Counted from the first letter of the whole stretch, positions 36,950-48,341 are shown. The stretch is 63,615 nt of DNA, filler included, from Hyphochytrium catenoides (GCA_900088475.1; 10 parts of 10 records of this genome joined end to end with filler, not necessarily neighbours in it), one strand, 5' to 3'. Notes: generated by a model not told the origin, from the sequence alone. Translations and numbers: made by a program.

Positions 36950-39187
36950 ATGGCGGCGCTGCTGCTACCTCGTCCATCACTTGGAAGAGAGAGACAGTCT
37001 CTCGTGTCTCTTGTCTTTCTTCTCTCCTTCCAAGCGCTTTTCTCTCTGCTTCCTCTAGTGGCCAGCGGGATAGAGGGAGACAGGTCTCTCTCTTCTTCTT
37101 CTTCTTCTTTCTATCCTGAGCGTACAATCCCTCTCTATGGCCGGCGACTGGGAAATCTCAGCCTTAACATTAGCGAGTCGTTTCTCTCTCTCTCTCTCCC
37201 TCCTTCTGCTCAACAGTTCTTCGACCAAGGACTGAATTTCCTGGTCGTTGAAGATTATGGCCGAGCCTTTCTCTCCTTCAAGCAAGCGACAGAGGAAGGA
37301 GAGATGGTTGATGAAGGAGACAAGCAGAAGGGAAGAAAGAGAGAGTGTGCGCTCTGCTACTGGGGTCAAGCTCTCTCTCTCCTGCGCAAGGCAAGAGACT
37401 CCTGGCAGAAAGTCTCTTATCTTCGGACCTGGAGAGCTGCACAGACCGCGGTCACGCTTCTCCATCAGCAGCAGCAGGAGAGAGAGAAACATGGAGAAAA
37501 GAGAGAGAGCGCCTCTGTTTCTTTCTCTCTCTTTTTGGAGCTTGCTCGCGCTCTGGCTGACTCCTTACCTCCAACCCTAGGAGAATATCTCAGAGAGAGA
37601 GAAAGCCTTTCCACCAGCGCAGCAGAGAGACTATGGAATCTGACCCGCGCCGGAGAGGGAGAGCGATCCGCGTCCCTGTTATGGCTGACAGCAGAGGCGC
37701 AGCTGTATGCGACCGCAGACCGAAGCAGTTTCTATCAGGAAGGAAAGAGAGAGGCAAATAATTCGTCTTCTACCTCTCTTTCTCCCGCGGGCGAGCGCTT
37801 TCAGCAAGTCCTGAAGAGAGCCTTGGAGCTGGAGCCGACCCACCTGGGCGCTCAAACCCTAAGCTTTGCCCTTTGGGAGGCGGGCGCGGACCGCAGTCTC
37901 TGTGGCTCGAGCTCTCCTCCTCTCTGGCTCAAGGGAGAGAGCGAGGAAGAGGGAGACGGTGAAGGAGATAACTCCTCGTTCCGCCTCTCGCTGCTGCTTG
38001 CTCTGAGGGCGCACCACGCCTGCAGCCGCGTGGGGGAGGCGCTGAAGCTGTCAAGGTCTCTCCTCCGCACAGGAAACTCATTGCCTCTGCCTCTTCCTCT
38101 TCTTTTTCTTCGGTCTTACTTGTACAACCTGCGCCTTGCGGGGGATCCCCTGGCAGGGACAGTGGCCATGCAGCTCATCACGCACTGTCTGCCCATCGCA
38201 ACCGAGAGAGAAGGAGAATGGCAGGTTGAGCTCTTTCTTTCGGAGGGGTTCCTCACCTATCATCTCTATGGAAAGTACCAAGAGCTATCTGACCCTGGTC
38301 TCCTCCTCTCCTGGGGCGCGGACGATTTTCCCTTTCTTAACTCTGTCCTTCGCTTCGGTCGAGGGATGGCTGCGGTGTATTGGAAGAGATATGAGGATGC
38401 TGAAAGAGAATTGGAGGAGATGAGTCTCTCTCTTTCCTTTCTCTCCTCCTCTCCTTCTCGTCAAGCCATCTATCAACCTTTTCCAGCTGCTGAAGTCTTA
38501 AACATTCTCTCGCAGCAACTGTCCGCGACAATCGTAATGGGAAAGGCTCCTCCTGCTCCTAGCGCGCAGCCAAACTATGAACCAGCTCTTACTCTGCTGC
38601 ACAATGTAAGAGAGAGAGCCAAGAGCCTCCCCTTTCGCGCATCCCCTCTCCTCTGGTTTCCCTTTGATAACGTCTACGGCGCGGCGCTGGTACAGGCAAA
38701 GAAGTTTGAGAAAGCAAAGAAAGTGTATGAGGAGCGACTCTCTCTCTCTCCGGCTGACGGCTGGGCCCTTTATGGGTTGTTTACAGTGAAGAAGGCACTA
38801 AGAGAGGAAGACGCAGACGAATGGAAAGCACGCTTCTCTCTTTTATGGAGAGGAGACACAGAGCCGAGCGACTCCTCGGTGCTCAAGAGATACGGGAGCA
38901 GAGGCTCAGGAGGGGAGAGAGGGACGGCCCCAGACCCTCAAGCGGTCTTTGTGGCGGTAACAGCGGCTTGCTTCGCGGCCGCAGCCATTGGATACAATCT
39001 CTTCCGAATCAGGCAAGAGACAATCCAGAGGAGAGAGAGGGAGAGAGGAGGGGAGAGAAGACAACCTGTACCTGTGGCAGCGGAAGAGAGGAATGGAGAA
39101 GAAGAGAGGAGAGAGCAGCAGGGTCGGAGCGGGATACATAGGACTTTATACGAGAGAGTAGGGCTGATAGACTCCACCAGGGCTTAG
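36950..39187 (+). CDS. Intronless TPR-like protein with signal peptide and C-terminal TM helix
   Basis: First ATG at 36950. AQQFFDQGLNFL...CALCYWGQALSL, ALELEPTHLGA, and GAALVQAKKFEKAKKVYEERLSLSPADGWALYGL. TM AVFVAVTAACFAAAAIGYNLF. Head-to-head with the LZTR1-like gene. Confidence 0.82.
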   Translation: MAALLLPRPSLGRERQSLVSLVFLLSFQALFSLLPLVASGIEGDRSLSSSSSSFYPERTIPLYGRRLGNLSLNISESFLSLSLPPSAQQFFDQGLNFLVVEDYGRAFLSFKQATEEGEMVDEGDKQKGRKRECALCYWGQALSLLRKARDSWQKVSYLRTWRAAQTAVTLLHQQQQEREKHGEKRESASVSFSLFLELARALADSLPPTLGEYLRERESLSTSAAERLWNLTRAGEGERSASLLWLTAEAQLYATADRSSFYQEGKREANNSSSTSLSPAGERFQQVLKRALELEPTHLGAQTLSFALWEAGADRSLCGSSSPPLWLKGESEEEGDGEGDNSSFRLSLLLALRAHHACSRVGEALKLSRSLLRTGNSLPLPLPLLFLRSYLYNLRLAGDPLAGTVAMQLITHCLPIATEREGEWQVELFLSEGFLTYHLYGKYQELSDPGLLLSWGADDFPFLNSVLRFGRGMAAVYWKRYEDAERELEEMSLSLSFLSSSPSRQAIYQPFPAAEVLNILSQQLSATIVMGKAPPAPSAQPNYEPALTLLHNVRERAKSLPFRASPLLWFPFDNVYGAALVQAKKFEKAKKVYEERLSLSPADGWALYGLFTVKKALREEDADEWKARFSLLWRGDTEPSDSSVLKRYGSRGSGGERGTAPDPQAVFVAVTAACFAAAAIGYNLFRIRQETIQRRERERGGERRQPVPVAAEERNGEEERREQQGRSGIHRTLYERVGLIDSTRA

Positions 39188-41505
39188 AGAACAGCGAGGG
39201 AAGTCGCAAGACGAAGGGAAGCTTCTCCTGTCGGTAACTACTGAACTCGTTAGCAGACAGTCAAAGAGCTAGATCAACGAACAAAGACCAAAGAACGGGA
39301 TAAAGACGCCTGATGTTAGCGCTAGAGATAGCTCCGACATCCGGAAGAGATGAGTATTAGAAGGCGCCAAGACAGCTATCCTAAGCCTGTCTCCCTGGAT
39401 ATCATATGTCACCTGGTCAGAGGATACTCGGATGCCAAGCTAATGATATTGTGGGCCTAGACGACGGCCAGCGGACTGCGAAAGTGCGGCATCCTTGCGC
39501 AAGTTTGAGGAGTGCCGTCTTCCTAGCATCTCTTCTTGCAGGAAGACGAAAACGGGACATCCACCACCACTGTCAAGGTCCCTTGCTCTGTTGGCCCATA
39601 GATAATAACAGTACAAGGACCTATTGTATGTACTTCTTTTGCTACTTTGTAGATTGTGAGAGGTTGATCTCTTGCTGCAGAGAAAGGGACGAGGAAAGAA
39701 GGGCACACATAACCGATGGAGGAAGCCACAAAGCCAATAGGTTTATCATATGGTAGCGTACAATGAACATAGAGGCCGGCTGCTTGCCTTCTCACTGGTT
39801 ACCATTCAGACCCATCATCGCTCCATCTACTAGACCCCTGCAGCAGGTAGTTTGGCCCAGGAAAGCTAGGTTTAGCTGACAGGCTGCTGACGATGGAGGA
39901 GTGCCTGCCAGTACTTCTAAATGATGGAGGCGGCGACGACGGGCGGTACGCTTCTTGACGCTCTGTCTCCCGCATTCTTCTTGATCCCCCATTGGTGACC
40001 CCATTGATGACCTTAATCCTGTATGATCTTGCTGCCGAATAATGCACCGGCTAGGACCTAGCAAGAGAAAGGAGCAGAGGCGTAGCAGGTGCAGCGGTAT
40101 ACGGACTCTCGGACGGGAAGATAAGGTCTTCACTCCTCACTCAGGGGTCCCGCTCTATCTCTTATTGTTAATAAGCAGCTGATGGAAAGCCCAGCGCGAA
40201 CCCCTAGCTCTTCCCTTCCTCCTCCTATTTATTATCGAAGCCGTCTACTTCTCGCTCCTTCTTCTTCTCTTCTCCACCTGCTGGGGTGGTCTCAGCTCTT
40301 GTGTCTCTGTTAGATCTCAGCCAGCCAGAGCCAGAGAGCCTTGGTTGTTGCTCCTTAGGAGTCAGTCATCCAGCTCAAAACAGAACCTGCAGGAAGACTG
40401 AGAGAGAGACAGAAGAAGAGACAGAGCGCCTCAAAGCAAACCAAGGAGGCCGCTAACGGCAGCTCTGCCTCTGGTGGCCCTTGAGCTGTTAGGAGCTCTC
40501 CCTGACCATGGGTCGGAGCCTCTCCCCCCTTGTTTATTAGAGAAGGAGGTATCGCCGCAGCGGCAGAGGGAGGAAGAATCAAAGCTAAGTAACGTCTAGG
40601 GAGCTCGACCAGAATTGGTTACAGCCTAAAGGGCACGCCACTCAAAGCCAAGGAGATGATGCGCTGCTTTTGGGCTGTCCAGGCCCTGTCTCGACCTTGA
40701 TAATACTTCTGCATCATGGTCCGTAACTGCTGTCAGGCGCCCACAGTCTTCGTTGTTGGACCAAGTGCACGGAGGAGAGTGCTGCGCAGAGCGATCATGG
40801 TATCCTGTCCCAGAAGGTTACTGACTGTGGTCAATGTCCTCCTGCCGTCCTTCCTTCCTTCCTTTCTACTTTCACTGGGGCCACGGCTGCGGGCCTTATT
40901 CCCCACGAAGAGTCGTCTTCTTCCCTTTTGTGTCGTGTCGTCTGTAACGGACCCTCCGACCGCCTCTTCTTCGAGCCCATACACCTACTGCTGCTTGGGC
41001 AGACCTGTACTCCTCCCTCTTCTGTTGACTACTCATCACCATCATCCGAGAGAAAACCTCTATATTGACCCTATCTATGCTAGGCACTATTTCTCCCGAG
41101 CAGTCAGGGGAGATGAGAAGATGCTTCCGCGGGATACGCCGCCGGGCCCACACCCGGCTCGTGCCGTGCTATGCCGTGCTGCTGCTGCTACAGAGGAGCT
41201 GTTACACCGCCCACCTGCTGGCACTGCAGAGATTGAAGAATCATTCAGCTCAGCTCCTTGCTAAGACCGCAGTTCGCGGAAAGTCCCAGGCTTCCTTTTG
41301 TTGTGGCAGCGAGCCACTGCACTACCGTCGTCAGTTGATCTTTGATTAAGCACTTTCTTGTATCGACAGCTTGGTCGTCTTCTCACTGGTGAACAGCTAA
41401 TCAAGCAGCAGCTCGCTTACCATTTGAGAAGAGGAGCGGAAGCTTAGTAGAGCTCCTTTTGTCAGAGCGAGCGCCTCGTCTTGCTGCTGTGTCAACGCTG
41501 TCATT

Positions 41506-43323
41506 ATGGCTACACTTTTCGACCATCTCTGTCTGGCATGGTTTATCATGAGTGTCGCCTCAGCCGCTGTGGTGGCTGTCATGTTCTATCTCCGAAGGAA
41601 CATCTACCCGATCACGGCTGTGCCCATCATCTGGCCCCTTCTAACACATCTGGGGGTTCCTCTCTCTGTCTATAGCTACCTATTCAAATTCGTCCATAAG
41701 TTCCTGGGTGATTCTTGTCATGGGCCGAATGCCATCTTCTTGAGCTCATTAGGGTACTTTCCCGCAGTTCCCGCGTTCGAAGTGCAACTGGTGCATCTCT
41801 GGTATGTCTATAACTTACAGACGGAACAAATCAAAGCAACTACGGCTGCAGCTGCAGGCAGCAGGAAGCAGAGCTCTGACGATAAGAATGGCGAAGGTGG
41901 TCTGACTGCGCTCATCAGTACCGCGGCCCAAAAGAAGAGGAACGGACTGTTCTACACATGGGGGATGTATGCAGTGATGTTCATATATACGATCCCCTGC
42001 CCTGTGACGACGGCCATGGACTACTACGCCAACAACATGGACGAGAAGACCTGCCAAGGCAAATCGAATGCAGCGGTGAGTGGCGGATGATGGAAGGCAG
42101 AAGAGCATAGAAATAGCAAAGGCTGAGCTCGTGCCTCAGCATCAGCAATAGCACCTGCTTTTCCCTTTCGTCAATTTCCTGCTGACCTCCGTTTTCCTTC
42201 GAATTCGTGCTATTATTATATGTTTGTCGGCCACTGATCAGACTCAATAAGCCGCCGCACTTTCTCCTCCTCCACCACCTCGTTTCCTAGGTCTATAGCC
42301 AAATTCTCATACCGTTATTTGGATGTACTCTTATCCTGTACACTGCCTATCTCATCCGCCACGTGGAGGAGGAATTCAAGCTGAAGCAGCAGTTCAAGCT
42401 ATTGACTTCGATGGTGGTCTTTCTAGGACTCCCTTTCCGCATGGTAAACATCTTCATTGATGTGGAAGTGGTCGAGGATCTGGAAAGGGTGCTATTTGCA
42501 TGCATCTACTTTGGCTATACGGTCATCTGCGGTTTTTACCCGCTCTATCTCACGTTCAGAGAGGAGAGTCGCCAGCAAGCCGCAAGAAAGAGCTCCAGAA
42601 AGGTCGGGTCGAGTCAGTCCGTTGGTGCTTGTCTTCTGAGTATCAAGAACGTTTCGCAGCTCCGCATCCTAATAGGAGATGCGAGGAACGACGCTATTGT
42701 GTCTCAGTTCAGGGCCTATCTAGTGAAGGAGTTTTGCTGTAAGTAATCTCAGCAGCAGAGTAACGACCCTCCTCTCGTGTTCCCCCTATGACACCACCAG
42801 CTCCTCCCATTGCCGCTTCCATTTCTGATGATCGCCCTGCTTCCCTCTCTTACGTTACACTTTGTGTCTTCGCGTACTAGGTGAGAATATCCTTTTCGCA
42901 CTGGCCGCATTGAGGTTTCGACAAGCGACAAGCAGGGCTGACATGTTGAAGGTTGCCAAAGAGATTGGAGACACTTATCTTTTGCCCGCAGCCTCAGTAG
43001 AGATCAACATCAGTGCAAGTCTAAAGACAGAGATACAAAGCAAGCTTCGGAACATGCGACATGACGACATGGAAAAGGATTTCTTCGAAAAGGTGGAGAT
43101 GCAGGTCTATCAGATGCTCTTGCACCCTTTCAATCGCTTTCTTCTGCGCGAAAGAATTGCGAGAGAGGCTGTAGCGCTGGACGCGGTCGAGGCAGTGGTT
43201 GGAGGTGGTGATGCACAAGACCGAACCGTGGTCAAGGATGCTCCCAAAAGAGGCAGCAACAACAGTCCAAGCATTCCCGAAACCCCCGCTGGCGCAAGTG
43301 TTAAGCAGGTCATGCCCATGTAA
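41506..43323 (+). CDS. 7TM receptor fused to a C-terminal RGS domain (AtRGS1/GprK-like architecture), 3 exons
   Basis: Exons 41506-42075, 42291-42738 and 42881-43323 are phase-compatible. About seven hydrophobic segments by eye, then RGS motifs FRAYLVKEFCCENILF, AKEIGDTYL.PAASVEINIS and FEKVEMQVYQMLLHPFNRFL. Confidence 0.88.
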
Positions 43324-44312
43324 TTTTTTATGACTATTTCTCACTACTAGCCTCTTCTACTTCGACCCGCCTACAAATTGACCAGCTAGCAGGGACCGCA
43401 TTATACTAATATGAGCCTTAGCTGCAGCCTCATCCTGCAGTTCTTCTGACCGTTTGTCCACGCTAACTCAATATTAGACTACTAGTTTCTGGGGGCCGCT
43501 TAACGTGCTGTCATCATCATCATGGGACATTTATTTAGTCGAAACACTTTTCCTCGAGTCCTTGCTTGTCAAAGAAGAAACTAAGCTCTGTCGCAGTCGA
43601 CTGGCAGTGGAAACAGAAAAGGCATAGGCAATCCTCTAAGAAGGACCTACCTGCCATCCTGCAACTTATATGAGGCTAGGCCTCGAAGCCTCTAGCGACC
43701 TGTGTGTGACTGGGAACTATATATTTGCACGTGAACAGGAGGTGAAATAAACACGAAGGGGGGGCGCAGCTATTGGAGTGATAAAAAAGAGTATTTGGCT
43801 GGACTACTTCTTATAGAAATCGCCGCGGTAGTGGAGCGGCTCTCACTCCTTCCGACTGACTGACTGACACCCGAACTCCGACTGTACTCTCTTCTCTTCC
43901 TCTGTCATTTTTCTTTCCATTTCACACTGTCTCTTAGCTGATACATGACTTAGGCTAGCTACGCAAACAGACTAAAGGAGCGAGAAAGGAAGGAGACGTT
44001 CCTACCAAGATGACCACTTGGCAGGCCATGGCGGCAGTTGTGACTTCGCTTCCCCTAACCTCATGATGGCCATACTACTTTCAAGAGCAGCAAAGACTGA
44101 GCTCGTACTTCGCCTTGCCCAAGGATTATGTATCGACACTCTAGATTCTATTCAAACACACTTCAACAGAGACTGAGCCGTAAGGAAAAGCACATCATAT
44201 TAATAGAATGTAGTCTTCTCAAGTAGAATTTACCTCATTCAGTCCTATCATCATAAACTCTTTAGTTGTTTCTGTTGGACTTTCAACTCTCCAACGTGGA
44301 ACTCCTGTCTCG

Positions 44313-44388
44313 TGTTAGTCTGTATGGGTCCAATGTCGTAATGAGAAGAAAAAAGCCCACTTATAAGCCCAACTGGGTTCCCACAATC
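44313..44388 (+). mobile_element. Fragment of a diverged LTR family A relative
   Basis: TGTTAGTCTGTATGGG..CAATGTC..ACTTATAAGCCCAACTGGGTTCCCA matches 77-153. Further blocks CTATTCCTAATA and ATAAGCCATAG occur near 45293-45338. Confidence 0.55.
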
Positions 44389-44777
44389 TCATAAATATTA
44401 AATTGGCGTCGAACACTTTGCTTTTGAAACTACGGTGTCTGTGTAGAATATATGTATGGGATTCGGAGACAATCTTCAATGACTGCGTAATTTGTCAAAA
44501 AGATACTTGAATCACCTGCATCTGTTCGTTGTTTGATAGAACTTTTATCTCTACTCGTACGTCCTCCCTGCAATAACTCGTAATAACGAGTGAATTGCGA
44601 TCCTTATTCTACTATTTTAGCGTTGCGTGACATGTCACCTCCATCGTCAGCACTTATAGCTAATACAGAATGCCAGGTTGATGCGTCTCAGCTAATGTGA
44701 GAGTAGCACTACAACATGTTTTTGTTCTGATCCTGAGTTCAATTCGAAGAAACCACGCGATGCGTCCCGGTTTTATA

Positions 44778-45192
44778 GTGATACGTCTTGCCTTTACAAA
44801 TCCAATGTGTTCATGAAGGCCCTTCCATTTCTGCTCTCCTTTGAGCCCTTCTGGAAATACACCACAGAAACAAATACCCAGACCTGAAGAGAACCGCCAA
44901 AACAGTCAATAGCGAACATCTAAATAGTGATATTTTGATCACACACCTACACACAGACAGACACACACAGACACGAAAAGATCCATTTGTGCTGAGCCCC
45001 TGTGGGTTAAATTGAGGTCGAGCTCGCAATTAGGTAGGCACACCATCCCTACTCCTACGCCCTTGGTGCAGTTGTAGCGAGTGAATGGCGACACTTCACT
45101 ATTTTCGGTTCTGCTTACTAACAGCCACATGAATAATTCATTTGTGCTGCACCTAGTAGGTTAAATTTGAGCTCGCCCTCGGGTTCGCAACT
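44778..45192 (-). mobile_element. Helentron/DINE-1-like ends (two adjacent termini, at about 45030 and 45192)
   Basis: 44778-45030 is collinear with 1-76 plus 406-580. A second terminus CATTTGTGCTG...GAGCTCGCCCTCGGGTTCGCAA lies at 45139-45190. Confidence 0.62.
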
Positions 45193-45959
45193 AAAGGTTT
45201 GTCCTCGGCTTATAATTAGAATGGGTACAGTAGTCTATAGCCTTGTAGGGGCCTATTGGCTATTGGGCTACGAATTCTGAATATTACTGAGCTCTATTCC
45301 TAATAGGAAGTAGCTGTTCCTCATTGGTATAAGCCATAGTTAATTAGCATTAGTGCTCCACTTCTTTCTTACGCAGTAATATATCTGTTTCTACTTGAAG
45401 TTAGGGTTGTTACTTGGACAATTGGTCCGTTACATCTTGGTCCAATAAAGTACGACTCAGATAGTTCATACTTCATCATCTTCCTGGAGTCCCAAATGTT
45501 TGTAAGTAAGAGAGCTTGAGAGTCCTTACTAAGGAGCAAAAGATGATCAACCTAAGCTCGCCAGTTTGTAATCCACATTGTGGTGTCTCAGACTCCACCA
45601 GATCATGTGGGCATGTTCGGTACTATCCTTCCTGAGGGAGAAGGAAGGCTTGGGTCAGCGCAACGGGTAGTGCCTTAGTGAGAATATATCCTTGGACGGA
45701 CAGTCAAGTGATGGTGCTTTTGTTGTCTTGGGATGCTTCTACAGCTCCTGCTTAGCTCCTGCTTGCGGGTAATTGATTTCAGTCAAGAAAAAGGTTATAT
45801 GTTCTGCATGCTTTGATCCTGTCCACAGAGAGATGCACTCAGCTTCTGTTGTCGAAGATGATATAATGTCTTGCTTTTTGCATTTCCAAGCGAAAGCAGG
45901 GGTGGCAAGAGTCATAAATTACCCAGTGACCGACTTACGACTGAACGTGTCATTAGGCC

Positions 45960-46379
45960 CGTTCTTATCGACTGCCCCAAAACTGAGGCATGACGCATTT
46001 GGGGCAGTCCAGATGGTGCCCCAACGCGATTTGGGGTGGTACGATAAGAGTAAATTTGGGGCATGGGGCAGTGGGGCAGTCCCTGAATCAGAGGAAGATC
46101 AAGGTGGTAATAATCACACTGGAAAGGGGTTGAACTGAAGAAAATGTGATCTGACTTCTCCGTAGGAGTACTACCCGAAGTAGTTCAGCAAAGATCAAAA
46201 GTTCAAAAATTTAGTAACTACTGGGGCCAACAAAACCTTCTGACTGCCCCACGGCAGTGCTCCGTGCCGCAATTGGTACCGCCCCGATCAGGTGCAATCG
46301 GGGCCGGGTATTTTTGGGGCAGCGGGAGAACCGGTAACCTACAATTTTGCCCCAAACTTCAGTGCGGTCAATAAGAACG
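45960..46379. mobile_element. MITE or non-autonomous DNA transposon inserted in the Copia RNase H
   Basis: Imperfect TIRs of about 30 bp (CGTTCTTATCGACTGCCCC vs reverse complement CGTTCTTATTGACCGCACT) and multiple subterminal TTTGGGGCA motifs. It splits DADWAKG from PNDTFSRKSVTG. Confidence 0.8.
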
Positions 46380-47048
46380 ACCCTTAGCCCAGTCAGCATC
46401 GCCAAAGAGCTTGAGGTTGTGACCGTCACTCCCCCGGAGACATAGTGCGTAGCTGCTAGTGTCCTTCAAGTATCGAAAGATTCTCTTGACCGCTTTCCAG
46501 CGGACATTCCGGAAGTTGGCCATATGTTGACTTACTGACTGTACTGGGTAGACCATGACTGGTCGAGTCGCAATCGTGACGTGTAGTAGTGCTCTAACAG
46601 CATTGCGGTACGGAATTTGTAATAACTCCTGCTCCTCGGCCGGACTCAACGCTGGGAGCTCGCACGCCGTGGGAGGATGCTCCCCTGCCACAGCTGGGTT
46701 GCTAATTGGGTTGGTTTCCTCCATACGAAATTTCTTCAGTATGTCTTGGATATATCTCGTTTGTCTAAGGTATATCATCTTGTGTTTTGGTCGGTCTCTA
46801 AGAACTTCAACCCCAAGGAAAAGTTTCAGTTCTCCCATGTCCGTGACATCGAAGCGATTCCCGAGCAGTTGCTTAAGCAAATATCAGCGTGTCGGCAACG
46901 AAGGCGGAGATGATTGTTGGTTTGGAACCATCGTTGGAATTGCGAATATAGATGGCTCGCAGAGACCGGGTTCAAACCATGATCACGCAGATATCCGTCG
47001 AGGACTTTACTCCATCGCCGGGGACTTTGTTTGAGACCATAGATACTC

Positions 47049-47411
47049 TGTTGAGTACTACTATGTTCGTTGTCAGTAGTACAGTAGTCACTCTCTATAC
47101 ACACCTAGCTCTCAGGGACATGCATAGACGTCACGGGTACAGCTGCGTTATGGGAAAGAGAGGTGTGAGAAGAGTTCCATGAACTCTTTCTAGTAAACGC
47201 CGGAGCAGCACAGGAGAGAGAGATAATGAGGGAAGCTGGGACGAGCAGGGATCTTGAGAGCAGACAAGACCGACGGAGCTCATAATTCATTGACATTCAG
47301 AGAAATCTCAATCATATATTACTACCCAGTCCCTTTGTTATCATTTTATCTAGATTGTGCTCATACAGAAGCGTCAGGCATTGCCACCCAGCGCTGTAAA
47401 CTTCATCATCA
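47049..47411 (+). mobile_element. Solo LTR (family B relative) nested in the Copia RT
   Basis: TGTTGAGT...TCATCA with TSD TACTC/TACCC (1 mismatch). Removal restores KLKRGIYGLKQS in frame. Shares CTCTCTATACACACCTAGCTCTCAG with 2668-2993. Confidence 0.88.
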
Positions 47412-47757
47412 TACCCCGCTTTAGCTTGCAGACCATGCTCTTCTTCTCTCCGGGTTGCTCTAAGCCGGGATGCTGACGCATATATATCGTCTCTTCCAGA
47501 TCGCCATGGAGAAATGCTGTTTTGATGTCAACGTGATGGATCTCGAAATCATATGTGGCTGCCAATGAGAGAAGGCATCGCACTGACTCATAACTGAGGT
47601 TCTCCTCCGGGGGTTAACACTTGGCGGTCTAATCTACTTTGGATCGAATCTACCGGGGGTAGTGTATCCAGTGTAGATTTCTCACTTGTGGAAGACCAGA
47701 GTGTGATTTGCATGTGAAGGTAGGATCGCTTCTTCATCTTCGGTGTCGAATTCCGTA

Positions 47758-48067
47758 TGATGAAATTCAGCAGAGGTAGATGTTGATGACGTCTGAAGCT
47801 CTGTCTAAATGAACGATAACAATGGGACTTGATGATAACTATTTGTGGATTGACTCAATGAATTCTCTCTTGATGCTCTCCTGAACAATCTGCGCCTCGT
47901 TCCATCCTCATCCTAACAAAGTCCTTTTCCTCAAAAGAAGAGGTCGGGGAATTCTCCTCACATGTCTCTTTACCCATAACACAGTTTATACCGGTAACGA
48001 CTATGCCTCTGAGAGCTAGGTGTGTATAGAGAGTGATTACTGACAACGAGCATTGCATCACTCAACA
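47758..48067 (-). mobile_element. 3' LTR (family B) of a Copia element
   Basis: Reverse complement of 2668-2993. Preceded on the minus strand by PPT GGGGAG and the RNase H C-terminus. Confidence 0.87.
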
Positions 48068-48073
48068 CTCCCC

Positions 48074-48341
48074 TGTTGAGAACTGTGATATGCTCGCAGT
48101 TGTACTGCGCTGTAACAATGATGGTGCAGGTCGAAGGGGCTAACGGTCAGTCCCGGTAGATGTAAAACAGATAGGTTTACTATGAAATAGGGCATGTGGT
48201 GTAATATCCTAGTGGTAGCACGCCTCCTGATCACCTAGAGGTCCGTGGTTCGAATCCCGGCTTGTCCATTCATTTACTTGTAAACATCTGTCCAAACCCT
48301 ACCCATAAAGAGAGCTCGCTGCTCTATTAGAAATTGCAACA
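48074..48341 (+). mobile_element. 268-bp LTR-like element with embedded tRNA-like module (family T, copy 2), inserted in the PPT of the Copia element
   Basis: TGTTG...CAACA termini with flanks CTCCCC / TTCCCC (near-TSD). Collinear with 1099-1277. Confidence 0.75.
48190..48268 (+). ncRNA. Degenerate tRNA-derived sequence inside the LTR-like element
   Basis: Acceptor stem GGGCATG/CTTGTCC (6 of 7 pairs including G-U), D-stem GTGT/GCAC with an enlarged loop, and B-box GGTTCGAATCC at 48247-48257. Anticodon arm is non-canonical. Confidence 0.68.

Larger units (their letters stand above)
45650..47590 (-). pseudogene. Degenerate Ty1/Copia RT-RNase H with two nested insertions
   Basis: HHVDIKTAFLHGDLEETIYMRQ, VCKLKRG|IYGLKQSPRRW, DMGELKLFLGVEV, PYRNAV, WKAVKRIFRYLK, FGDADWA, RKSVTG and WKCKKQ..SSSTTEAE. 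Confidence 0.93.

Noticed and set aside
48190-48268. Functional tRNA gene (also 1195-1277)
   Set aside because: No canonical anticodon stem-loop, an enlarged D-loop, a bulged T-stem in this copy, and embedding in a repeat element.
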